Source: Candidatus Obscuribacteraceae bacterium | Lineage (GTDB): Bacteria; Cyanobacteriota; Vampirovibrionia; Obscuribacterales; Obscuribacteraceae | DNA length: 64,000 bases | NCBI GenBank assembly: GCA_044229845.1 | Contig: JBGASG010000004.1 | Coordinates: 384,001 to 448,000, forward strand | Direction of reading: 5' to 3' | Part shown: piece after piece, positions 39,719-49,900 of the stretch | How the letters are laid out: every line of letters begins with the position of its first letter | Numbering within the stretch: the first letter of the stretch is position 1 | The notes under the pieces: model-generated | The model's input: the letters and a program-made list of their open reading frames with translations, nothing else | Databases searched by the model: none | What the model was told of the DNA's origin: nothing | Translations under genes and position numbers: made by a program

Positions 39719-40162
39719 ATGATTATGACTAAATCACAAACGGCAGCCCTGGTTGCAGCAACATCGGGACTAATCGCCCTGGTCTCATTGGGCTTTTCGC
39801 CCGCGACCGCCACGCCTGCAGATGAACAGGCGGCCGTGACCGCGGCCAAAGCCTGGCTCGCTCTCGTCGACAAAGGTCAGGTCGGGCAAGCCTGGGGTTC
39901 TTCGGCTTCGTTCATGAAGGCTGCCGCTCCCAAGCAGCAATTTGTAAATCAGGTCAAACCCATTCGCGACGCCTTCGGTAAGGTGCTCTCCCGCAATTTG
40001 AAGAGCAAGCAATTCACCAAGTCGGTGCCCGGCGCGCCCGATGGAGAGTACGTCATCATCCAGTTCGATACGGTATTTGAGAAGAAAAAGGACGCCGTCG
40101 AGACGATCACGCCGATGAAAGACAAGGGTCAGTGGCGCGTTTCCGGCTATTTCATCAAGTAA
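39719..40162 (+). CDS. DUF4019 domain secreted protein
   Basis: Signal peptide; WLALVD.G, PGAPDGEYVIIQFDT.F, ETIT, WRVSGYFI. Confidence 0.88.
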   Translation: MIMTKSQTAALVAATSGLIALVSLGFSPATATPADEQAAVTAAKAWLALVDKGQVGQAWGSSASFMKAAAPKQQFVNQVKPIRDAFGKVLSRNLKSKQFTKSVPGAPDGEYVIIQFDTVFEKKKDAVETITPMKDKGQWRVSGYFIK

Positions 40163-40177
40163 GAAACTGAGGGCAGC

Positions 40178-41320
40178 ATGGCATCGACTTCCGAAGTGAA
40201 ACTTCTGATCGGCACTAAGAAAGGGGGGTTCACCCTCTCGTCCAACGCCGAACGCAACCGGTGGGAGCAGTCCGATCCCATCTTTCTCGGTCACATCATT
40301 CACCATTTCATCAGCGATCCCCGCGACAGCAAAGTCTGTCTGATGGCCGCTAAGACTGGGCATCTGGGACCGACCGTGTTTCGCTCACTCGATGGCGGTG
40401 CCAACTGGAAAGAGGCATCCAAGCCCCCCGCCTTTGCCGCCACCGGTGGTGACACTGTCGCCAATGCCGAGAGCGCCGGTGGTCCGCCCGCTGTCGATCG
40501 AGTGTTCTGGCTCACACCCGGGCATACCACCGAAAAACATGTCTGGTATGCAGGCACCGCACCAGCCGGGCTGTTCCGCAGTCAGGACGACGGCGATACC
40601 TGGGAGCCGGTCGACGGTTTCAACGATCATCCGTCATACAAAGAGTGGACTTCGATAGGACCCACGCCGGACGGTCAGTTTCTTCACTCAATCAATATTC
40701 ATCCGCAAAACCCCCAGCAAATGTACCTGGGCATCTCCGTGGGTGGTGTCTTCGAGTCGACAGACGGCGGCAAACAGTGGGCACCGCTCAATCAAGGCTG
40801 TGCTGCCGACTTTCTGCCCGACGCAACGGATTTCGGACATGATCCGCATTGTCTGGTCGTTCACCCGAAAAATCCCGACCGACTGTACCAGCAAAATCAC
40901 TGCGGTCTCTACCGCATGGATCGTCCGGACAATAAATGGAAACGCATCGGCGACAATATGCCCAGAGAAATCGGAGACATCGGATTTCCGATTGTCGTTC
41001 ATCCCACCGATCCCGACACGGCTTGGGTCTTTCCCATGGACGGCACGACGGTCTGGCCGCGCACCAGTCCCGGTGGCAAACCGGCCGTCTATAAGACCAC
41101 CGACGGCGGAGAATCATGGCAGCGCAAAGACAGCGGACTGCCGCCTGCCCACGGATACTTCACGGTTAAAAGGCAATGCATGACCTGCGACACCGGAGAA
41201 CCGATCGGTTTGTATTTCGGCACCACTGCCGGTGAAGTCTGGGCAAGCAAAGACGGGGGCGAAAGCTGGACCTGCGTTACACGCCACTTGCCGGAAATCT
41301 ACTCGCTGCATATCATGTAA
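40178..41320 (+). CDS. BNR/Asp-box beta-propeller protein (sialidase-like fold)
   Basis: Repeated SxDGGxxW Asp-boxes; GTKKG N-terminus; HLPEI C-terminus. Confidence 0.88.
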   Translation: MASTSEVKLLIGTKKGGFTLSSNAERNRWEQSDPIFLGHIIHHFISDPRDSKVCLMAAKTGHLGPTVFRSLDGGANWKEASKPPAFAATGGDTVANAESAGGPPAVDRVFWLTPGHTTEKHVWYAGTAPAGLFRSQDDGDTWEPVDGFNDHPSYKEWTSIGPTPDGQFLHSINIHPQNPQQMYLGISVGGVFESTDGGKQWAPLNQGCAADFLPDATDFGHDPHCLVVHPKNPDRLYQQNHCGLYRMDRPDNKWKRIGDNMPREIGDIGFPIVVHPTDPDTAWVFPMDGTTVWPRTSPGGKPAVYKTTDGGESWQRKDSGLPPAHGYFTVKRQCMTCDTGEPIGLYFGTTAGEVWASKDGGESWTCVTRHLPEIYSLHIM

Positions 41321-41330
41321 GAGGAGCGTC

Positions 41331-41588
41331 ATGCGCGTCAACATCCCCAGTCCACTGCAATCCTACACACAAAAGAGTTTTGTAGAAGGGCATGGCGGCT
41401 CACTCCAGGAATTACTGGATGCACTCAACGAGACTTATCCCGGTATCCGCTTTCGCATGATCGACGAACACAACCGCATTCGCAAACACATAAAGATATT
41501 CGTGAACAAACACCCAGCTGCCGATTTGAATGTCGCCGTCAAACCCACCGATGAAGTGCACATAATTTGCGCCCTGAGCGGGGGTTAG
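41331..41588 (+). CDS. MoaD/ThiS family ubiquitin-like sulfur carrier
   Basis: GAGGAG RBS; IPSPL, YPG, IFVN, C-terminal ALSGG. Confidence 0.9.
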   Translation: MRVNIPSPLQSYTQKSFVEGHGGSLQELLDALNETYPGIRFRMIDEHNRIRKHIKIFVNKHPAADLNVAVKPTDEVHIICALSGG

Positions 41589-41627
41589 CGGTACGCTGCG
41601 GCAGCGAGCGCGCGGGCGCACGCAGCC

Positions 41628-42602
41628 ATGAAAGTAATCCTCAAAACTTTATTTGCACCATACTGCCGCATGCCCGGTCGCAGCGCCTCGTGCACCTCGC
41701 CATTGAGTCCGCACGAACAGGTACTGGTAAAGCGGCTGAGCGGCCATGTGCGGCACCTTTCCGTTTGGCTCGGTGAACGCAACGAGCGCGAAATCGAGTC
41801 TCTCCACGGGGCTGCGGACTATATCGAGGAGCAGTTTTCGTCCACCGGAGTCGGCGTCGTCAGGCGCGAGAAGGTGGTTATCTACACACCGCTCGGCTCG
41901 CGAGTCGAAGCCGATAATGTTGTGCTGGAGCTGCCAGGCAGCAACGGCGGCGCGGACGAGATATTTGTTATCGGCGCTCACTATGACACCGTATTTGGTT
42001 CACCAGGGGCTAACGACAACGGCAGCGGTGTGGCGGCGCTTCTGGAAATCGCGCATGTGCTGGCTCAGTCGAAGCGCCGGCGCACAGTGCGCCTGGTGGC
42101 GTTTTGCAATGAAGAGCACCCCAATATGGAAGCCGAGCTGATGGGCAGCTACTCTTATGCCGCCTCCTGCAAACGCAAGAAAGAGAAAATCATCGGCATG
42201 TGGAGCCTGGAAACCATCGGCTATTTCACCGATGCGCCGGGCAGCCAGCATTACCCGGCACCGCTGAACAAACTGTTTCCTTCAGTGGGAAATTTCATCG
42301 CATTCGTCGGCAACTACGAATCGCGACACTGGGTGCATGAGAGCATCTCGCGCTTTCGCGACGTCGCCACCGTGCCCAGCGAGGGCATCGCCGCCCCCGG
42401 CAAATTTGTCGACATCGACCGCTCGGACCACTGGGGTTTCTGGAAAGCCGGCTATCCGGCTCTGATGATCACGGATACCGCTAACTTCCGCTACCCCTGG
42501 TACCACAGCTCCCAGGACACCCACGAAAAAGTCAGCTATGAGAACCTGGCGCGGGTCGTGCGAGGACTGGCTCAAGCGGCGTTTTGCATCAGCCGCATGT
42601 AA
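41628..42602 (+). CDS. M28 family metallopeptidase
   Basis: GAHYD, GANDNGSG, NEE, LETIG, RSDH, YH..D. Confidence 0.9.
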   Translation: MKVILKTLFAPYCRMPGRSASCTSPLSPHEQVLVKRLSGHVRHLSVWLGERNEREIESLHGAADYIEEQFSSTGVGVVRREKVVIYTPLGSRVEADNVVLELPGSNGGADEIFVIGAHYDTVFGSPGANDNGSGVAALLEIAHVLAQSKRRRTVRLVAFCNEEHPNMEAELMGSYSYAASCKRKKEKIIGMWSLETIGYFTDAPGSQHYPAPLNKLFPSVGNFIAFVGNYESRHWVHESISRFRDVATVPSEGIAAPGKFVDIDRSDHWGFWKAGYPALMITDTANFRYPWYHSSQDTHEKVSYENLARVVRGLAQAAFCISRM

Positions 42603-42887
42603 GGTGCCCGCCGCTCCGAGCTTAAAGCCCCAGCCGCGCCTGAATTTGGGGTTGCAAAGAGATCTGTAAACAGATCTGTAACAAGGACTGGAAACAATAT
42701 GTAGCGTGATCTCAACACCATATCTGGTGCAGATTGAGGCATCTCTTTTGTTTCCTCTCTTCTCGCAGTCGCCCCTCACCAAAGACGCCATTTCAGCCAC
42801 GTTTTGCGCGAGCTTACTTCCGGTCACAGCCGGTGCGACAAGTCTGGAATCAAGAGTCAGTTGCAACTGAACCTAGGAGATTGCCCC

Positions 42888-44003
42888 ATGACGAGAAAGT
42901 TCTGGGCTCAAAGGAAGTGGACAGTGGTCGGACTCGCCGCCTCCGTCCTCTTGCTGCTGACTGCAGTCGGCGGCATCGGTTATGCACTGGTTGCCGGCAT
43001 CCCGGCGGCGCAGCCTGGGCCCATCGACCCCGTGGTCGAAGCCGCCTTGCACGCCTCCACCGAGCAGCAGCCGCAAATCGAAATGATGAGCGAGGCCAGC
43101 GGCGAGTTCAAGCGCGTCCACTACACGCGCCTCGACGGCAGCCGCGAGCATATGGAGATCTTCTACCGCAACGAGGCCAAGGGCATCGTTCTCTTTCGCC
43201 TCGACAACACACCATCTTCGTTCAAGGTGGTGGCGGCAGACGGTTTCGTGCTCCAAGACATAACCTACGACGCCACCGGCGCCGTGGTCATCGACGGCTT
43301 CGAGAAACGCCTCGAAACTCGCAAGCTGCTCTGGGAGACCAAAACCCTTTCCAACGGTGACATCCACACCGTTCGGTACTGGAAAAACGGCACCCAGATC
43401 TACGCTGACAGCTTGCTCAGCAAAGCATCCCAGACCATCGAAACCACCTACTGGCGCGGCGGCGGCAGCAAGTGGATGCACACGATCGCCAATGTCGCCA
43501 CTCCGAACAGCCCTTACTTCGAGGAGTTTTTCGAGGTCAACGGCGATCTGACCTGGCGCATCGAGCGCGGCAGCAACGGCGCCGCCGAAGAGAGCTTCTT
43601 CCGTCCCGACGGAACGCTCTATTTCGTGCGCCATCACAAGCTGCCGGTGATGATGGGCGCGCCGATGGGTTCTGCCCCTTCGGTGCATCTGGACTCCACG
43701 ACGGTCTACGCCGCCGACGGCAAGACCGTGACGATGGAGATCTTCTGGTGGTCGGAGTTGACTCCGAGCCGCATCGAGATTCCCAGTCCCGATGGCTCGA
43801 AGGCAATTCACTACTTCGGCTTCCAGCGCGAAAGCAACGACGTGCGGTACTTCGATGCCAAAGGTCAGCTGACCGGCGAGTCGCCCAGCGGCGCCGACGG
43901 ACGGCTCTTCCAGCAGATCGATCCGCGCATGTACCTCGAACATGTGCCTGCTCCGCAGGACATGGACGCGCAGATGGAAGAGATCCAGAAGAACTGGTCC
44001 TGA
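42888..44003 (+). CDS. Membrane-anchored exported hypothetical protein with beta-hairpin (MORN-variant-like) repeats
   Basis: AGGAG RBS; N-terminal TM; repeated Y/F-xx-D/N-G units (YWKNG, FFRPDG, YAADG, YFDAKG). Confidence 0.7.
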   Translation: MTRKFWAQRKWTVVGLAASVLLLLTAVGGIGYALVAGIPAAQPGPIDPVVEAALHASTEQQPQIEMMSEASGEFKRVHYTRLDGSREHMEIFYRNEAKGIVLFRLDNTPSSFKVVAADGFVLQDITYDATGAVVIDGFEKRLETRKLLWETKTLSNGDIHTVRYWKNGTQIYADSLLSKASQTIETTYWRGGGSKWMHTIANVATPNSPYFEEFFEVNGDLTWRIERGSNGAAEESFFRPDGTLYFVRHHKLPVMMGAPMGSAPSVHLDSTTVYAADGKTVTMEIFWWSELTPSRIEIPSPDGSKAIHYFGFQRESNDVRYFDAKGQLTGESPSGADGRLFQQIDPRMYLEHVPAPQDMDAQMEEIQKNWS

Positions 44004-44144
44004 CGGAGCACAAGGATGCGGCACCTCAGATGGTGTCACACTCTGTTCCACCGTTCCTATCCCGCCCGGGACGGGAACGGTGGAACGCTCCGCCCGGCTT
44101 TCTCTTCCGCATTTGACGAAACACGAACGCTCATGAGGGAAAAA

Positions 44145-44522
44145 ATGAGTGACTTGCATTTGCTTGCTCCCATGATTTTGACGGTGCCGGTTGCGACGCC
44201 CGTCTTGATGGTGTCCTGGCTTTTCATGCAAATGACGGCGAACATGGACGAAGGAAGAATCGCTCCCATCGTGCTCGCCTGGCTGCCCGCGACACCGATG
44301 GTGTTCTGGCTTCTTAACGGTGGCTCGATTTCGCTCGCCGGATTCTTCATCGCTGCTTCGCTCAGCGGCACCGCCGTTCTCCTTTTGGCAATGCGCTTTC
44401 AACCGGCCACGCCTAACCACGGCTGGTTCAGTTCGGCGTTAACTTCGGCAGCGTGGGGAATCTGCGCCAACATCGGCTTCGTGCTGGCGCTTGCTCCCCT
44501 GATCTGGCCGCTCAAAGCCTGA
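44145..44522 (+). CDS. Hypothetical four-TM membrane protein
   Basis: Hydrophobic 125-aa ORF with GAGG RBS. Confidence 0.6.
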   Translation: MSDLHLLAPMILTVPVATPVLMVSWLFMQMTANMDEGRIAPIVLAWLPATPMVFWLLNGGSISLAGFFIAASLSGTAVLLLAMRFQPATPNHGWFSSALTSAAWGICANIGFVLALAPLIWPLKA

Positions 44523-45032
44523 CCTTCTTCGGGCTTCGAGGCGCTGTGGTATGACGAACTAGCACCGCCTTGCGGTTGCGGATCTGCATACCACAGCGCA
44601 CTCCCCCTCTCTTTGATTTTTCGCCTTTATACTATTTCTATTAGTATTACCAGATCGATATGTTGCATGAACCAGATTTAGGCGCTGCCACGGCAGATCT
44701 GGACTGGGGCTGCGCGAAGTGACGCAGCGCGCGAAGCGCCGCTATGAGAATTCATGCCACGAGCGCCTTGCTTTGCTCGATAGCACCACGTTTAAGCTGG
44801 AGACTATATTCGCTTAGCGCTTCGCTCTCCCCCGCTCCCCAAACAATCGCACAGATACCGCTGACAGCTTTCTCTCGGCTCGACATGAGCTCTGTCGGTA
44901 CTCGTGCTGAACCAGTTTCTTAACCGGAAGAAAACACGAAGCGCTGCGAACAAACGGCTCCTCGCTTGTGTGGCGGCATGCGTACGGCGCCTGTCGTTCG
45001 AACACACATTCGGCGGTCAGAGGGAAACTTGC

Positions 45033-45305
45033 ATGCTTCTAGGAATTTTAATCGCACTCGGTGTAGTCGCCGCAGTGGCGCTCTGGACCCTGTGCGCCCG
45101 ACTCAACTACCGCCTTTGCAAGGACGAAGTTAGCCATGAGGGACTGGTCGAAATGGTGATGCTGGGAGCGGTCGGCACCTTATTTCTGCTCATCTGCATG
45201 GGAGCAGAAGGCTGGCTGAATTTCTGCACGCGTGGCGCCTATAGTGCTCATCGCGCGGCAGCCAAGCGCACTCGCCTGAATAACTCTGGAGGAAATCGAT
45301 GCTGA
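45033..45305 (+). CDS. Small membrane protein (paralog of 45299-45517)
   Basis: GAGGG RBS; WxxCxRxNxxL...LGxVGTL motif. Confidence 0.6.
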   Translation: MLLGILIALGVVAAVALWTLCARLNYRLCKDEVSHEGLVEMVMLGAVGTLFLLICMGAEGWLNFCTRGAYSAHRAAAKRTRLNNSGGNRC

Positions 45306-45517
45306 TCTTCGTACCGCTAGCACTGCTGCTCTGGATAATCTGCGGCAGAATCAACCATCTGCTCACCCGCGATCTTCCGAACCTGCCCTACGAAGGCGAC
45401 GAATCGCGCGTCACCTTCATCCTGCTGGGACCGGTCGGAACACTGATGTACCTCGCGTTCATCTGGTTCCCTACTTTCTGCATGACCGGCAGGCTCTGGA
45501 ACCAGCGCCGCAAGTAA
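45299..45517 (+). CDS. Small membrane protein (paralog of 45033-45305)
   Basis: GGAGG RBS; same motif set. Confidence 0.65.
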   Translation: MLIFVPLALLLWIICGRINHLLTRDLPNLPYEGDESRVTFILLGPVGTLMYLAFIWFPTFCMTGRLWNQRRK

Positions 45518-45780
45518 CGGCGTAACCAAAATCAGTGTTCGCTTTACGGACACCAGTCGCAAGCTGAAACCGACACCGCATCTGGTGCGATTTCTCTTGT
45601 TTTGATTTTACTATCCTACATAGTGCGTGCTGAGTAGGCGGGACAATAACAAGGATGCAAGCCCTACAGGGCGCACGCTTTGTGCGTACACGGGAAATAC
45701 ACAATTCGTTCCGGATTGATTCCGGCAGCGAAGACTACAGTTGCCGCTGTAAGGACGGAATTGCAGAGGACCCCGCAACC

Positions 45781-46062
45781 ATGCAAAATTCGATTTCAGC
45801 TATCCCTTATCCAACCTGTGACGTCGAGCGCGACCAGAGCAAGCGCCAGGTGATTCCTGCCGCCTATGTCAAAGCTCTGCGCGAAGTAGTCCAGGACGGG
45901 ATGCCCCGCCGCAGCGCCGACTTCCTGCGCGAGTTCGACACAGTGCTGGCTCGGCAACAGGCACAACGAGCCGCATTCCAAAATATCGACCAGTTCGAAG
46001 TCGAAGCCACCAGCCCGAGATTCGTTCAGATGATGAACAGACTCTTCGGAAACTTCAGATAG
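45781..46062 (+). CDS. Hypothetical protein
   Basis: GAGG RBS before MQNSISAIP; no family recognised. Confidence 0.45.
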   Translation: MQNSISAIPYPTCDVERDQSKRQVIPAAYVKALREVVQDGMPRRSADFLREFDTVLARQQAQRAAFQNIDQFEVEATSPRFVQMMNRLFGNFR

Positions 46063-46171
46063 CTGACCTGCCGATCGCCAACTCCCGCATCGCATGATTT
46101 TTTCCGCCCAGCCCAGGGTCCCGCAACCCGCCGTGGAGGGGGTGCCGACAGGCACCTCCTGTTCGGTATTT

Positions 46172-46849
46172 TCAGCTGGAAGCAACCATCTTATAGCCCA
46201 CACCATGCACGTTCTGAATCAAGTCCGGATGCCCGCTCGCGCCCAGTTTCTCCCTTAAACGTTTGATGTAGACACGCACCGTATCTGGTGACACCTCGGA
46301 AGAGCTCTTCCAGACTCGGTCAATCAATGCATCGGCACTGAAAACCTGATTAGGATGCCTGGCCAGAAACTCGATCACCGCAAACTCAGTCGCCGTCAGC
46401 TTCAACTCTGCGCCATCGACTTGTGCCGAGTGAGCCGAAGGATCGATCGTCAATGGTCCGACTTTCACCGTACGCGTTGCAGTCACGGCCTGCCGCCGCA
46501 AAAGCGCGTTCAACCGAGCCGTCAATTCCCGCATCTCGAAGGGCTTGGTCAGATAGTCGTCAGCCCCGGAATCGAGTCCCATTTCTTTGTCGTCGATTTC
46601 ATCCTTGCCGGTGAGCATCAATATCGGAGTCGTGCCGCCGCGGGCACGAAACCACTTCACAATCTCGATGCCGGTCATCGACGGCATTTCCCAGTCGAGG
46701 ACAATGACATCGTAGGTGATATCAGTCAGATAGTCCTTGGCTTCCTGCCCGTTCACGACCGCGTCTACGTTGAACTTGTGGTGCGTCAGCCAATCGCCGA
46801 CCAGACTCCGCAATTGCGCATCATCATCGGCGAGCAACACCTTGGGCAT
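46172..46849 (-). CDS. OmpR/PhoB-family response regulator
   Basis: LADDD, LDWEMP (phospho-Asp), GADDYLTKPF, winged-helix VYIKRLREKL...GVGY. Confidence 0.95.
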   Translation of the reverse strand: MPKVLLADDDAQLRSLVGDWLTHHKFNVDAVVNGQEAKDYLTDITYDVIVLDWEMPSMTGIEIVKWFRARGGTTPILMLTGKDEIDDKEMGLDSGADDYLTKPFEMRELTARLNALLRRQAVTATRTVKVGPLTIDPSAHSAQVDGAELKLTATEFAVIEFLARHPNQVFSADALIDRVWKSSSEVSPDTVRVYIKRLREKLGASGHPDLIQNVHGVGYKMVASS

Positions 46850-46932
46850 TTGTTTAGGCTCCGGAAGCGGGGGAAAGTCAAATGTACCGGCTAATTGTAT
46901 TAGTAAGACATTAATCGCTAAGTATCTTGCCG

Positions 46933-49900
46933 ATGAAATTTAAGCTAGCGCATAAAGTTCTCATTGTCATCGCGGTTCCGGTGTTTTTCCAGCTGGGCTT
47001 CCTGTGGTTTTTCAATGGCTTCTTGCGCGATCTCGATGCCAACCAGTCCCTCGAGCAAGAGGCCATCGAAGCGGGACTGCTCCGCGATCATGCATACGTA
47101 GTAGTCAATCAGCGCATGTTGCTGGCCGCTATGTACCGTGCCACCAAAAATCCCATCTATGCCACCAAGTTTCGCCAGAATGATGAAGAGCTCAACAGCT
47201 ACTTCAAGAAAGCGGCCACTGAGTGGCAGGACGAACCAGAGAAAGCCATCGCGCTGGAGCAATCCTGGCAACTGAACAAACGATTCAGCTGGATGATGCA
47301 GAAGATCATGAACGGCGAAAAAGCTGAACGCGCATCCGACCTGCTAGGGGGGCGCTTCGGCATGATGATCATGCGCGCGCACCTCAGTTCACCTGATTAC
47401 TACAACCACTATATCCAGCAACTTTTTGAAAGAAGCGAGGAGGGACTGGCATCCAGCGCCCAGCAAGTGCGGGGCACCGAAAGTACCATGAAAGCGACAT
47501 TGCTGATTGCCATGGCCATCTCGTCCGCCATCGGCATTGCGTCAGGGTTGTTCTTCAGCCGCTCGATTGCCGATCGACTGCGCGTCGTGCTCGCCAACAT
47601 CAAGCTGATGGCATCACCAAACATCGCTCCGCAGCCACTCAGCGGTTCCGACGAAATCGCAGCACTGAACAACGCCGTCATCGATACTGCGCGCCAGATA
47701 CACGATGCCGAGGAGTTTCAGGCGCAGACCGCACATATCGTAGCCGAGGAGCTGGAGCGCCCGCTGGAATCTGTTTCGTCGGCTTTCATTGAACTGCAGA
47801 AATCCGGCTTTGACGAGCTCAGCGAAAAGGGCGGTCAGCGCCTCGAACAGGTCGGCAACGAGATCTCGCGAATTCGCCACTTAGTCAAAGACCTGCTCGT
47901 GCTGGACGGTATTCGCGATGTCGGCTGGGACTTGCAGATCCACGATGTCGATTTGTCTGAGATCGGAAAACTGGCGGTCGATGTCGTTCGCGATCTGGCG
48001 CGCTCACGCGAAGTGGAGCTGGTGACCGACTTGCGCAGCACGCCCGTGCAAGCTGATCCCGATCGGGTAGTGCAGGTAGTCGTCAACTTGCTGTCGAATG
48101 CCATCAAGTTTTCGCCGCCGGGCTCGCGCGTCGAAATCGCCTCCAGCTTCAAGAACGGCTACGGGCGCCTCTCAGTGACGGATCACGGACGCGGCATCGC
48201 TCCGCAGTTTCATGCAGCAATCTTCGGAAAATTCGAGCAAGAACAATCCGCAGATGCCGACGAGAAAGGCGGGTCGGGGCTGGGACTGGCCATCTCGAAC
48301 CTGTTGATAGAATCGCAGAAAGGCATGATGGGCTTCAAATCAGCAGTCGGCGAAGGCTCCATGTTCTGGTTGCAGTTGCCGCCGGCGGGCTCAGCCTCGG
48401 CAGCCCAATCCGCCACCGCCAGTAGTGACACCGGCTCGCTGCCGGCCGTCGCCCCCTCCCTTTTAGAAACCGCCGCCGCGCCGCCCTCCGCACCGCCGCC
48501 CGTCTGGCGAAAAACGCTCTGGCAGAAGGGTCTGGCTTTGATCTGCCTGCCGCTTGTGGTGCAGTTGATCACCGTCAGCGTGTTGTGGCTGGCGATGAGC
48601 TCTATGAGCAAGAATCTCGTGGACTTCAAAACAGCTCGCCTGATGGCCGACACACACTCGACGCTGGTGAATGAAGTGGCGCGCGGCACCGTTTTAGCCA
48701 TGTTGTTCAATGTCACCCGAGACTCTGAAGTGAAGGAGCGGACCGTCCAGGCGCACGGCCGGCTCAACGAACTGGTCGATCAGCTGCGCAACGTCGGCAA
48801 AGCCGACCCACTGCTTGTCGCCAAAACTGATGAATTGCAACGCATGGTCAACGAGCACATCACGCTGGAAAACCAGATCATGGCGGCCGAGCAAGACACC
48901 AAGCTCGATCCGTGGTTCGGCCCGGCAAACGGAGCGCATACAGAACGCCTGCTCGTGCAGATGCAAGCGCCGCTCGACGAGGTGATTGCCGCCACGCGCA
49001 GCGCCATCAACAGTCGTACGCTGGCTCGCAGCAGCACTCGGCGCACGATTGAAGTGGTGCTGTCCGCCTCCGCTGTTTTGACAGCATTGCTGTCCGCCGG
49101 TCTGGGACTGTTCATGATTCGCCGGCTATCTCGTCGCGTCGATCATGTAGTCGCCAATGCCAACCATCTGGCAAAGAAAGAACCGCTTGCCGAGCCGCTC
49201 CCCGGTACCGACGAGCTGGCGTTCGTGGACCACAGCTTCTTCGAAGCGGCCCAGCGTTTGTCGAAGTTAGAGCGTTTCAAACGTCAGATGGTCTCCATCA
49301 CCAGTCACGAGTTGCGCACACCGCTAGCTTCTTTGCTGGCGACGGCCGACTTGATTGACAGCGAAGTATTCGGCGCCCTGACGGCGCGCGGGCGCGAGAT
49401 TCTGAGCAGCGCCCGGCAGAGCATCTCCAGCCTGATTTCCATGATCAGCACGCTGCTGGACGCCGAAAAAATGCAGTCCGGCAAAACCATCATCAAGAAG
49501 TCTCGCGTGCAACTGGACTCGGTACTGGACGCAGCCGCCTCCAATGTCAAAACTCTGGCCCGCGACCGCGTGATCGACTTGCGCACCGATGGCGGAGGAC
49601 TTTCGGCGGAGGCTGACGGCAAACGCCTGACGCAGGCTCTGACTGCCGTCTTGACCGATGCAATCGAGAATGCGCCGCGCGGTGCCGCGCTGCTTCTGGA
49701 CAGCGCCATGTCAGCAAACTTCGTCGAATTGCGACTGAGCGCACCGCAGTCGGCACTGCCGCCCGAAATCGAATCAGCTAACCAGAGCGCACGAACCAGA
49801 CTGGCCCTGACATTTTCCAAATTAGTGGCCGAGCAGCACGGTGGCACGCTGGAAATCCACCCTCACGAGGACGAACATGTTCTGTCCCTGAAAGTGCCGG

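Noticed and set aside
42873..44420. 515-aa minus-strand ORF
   Set aside because: Shadow of two plus-strand genes that have RBSs and protein-like composition.
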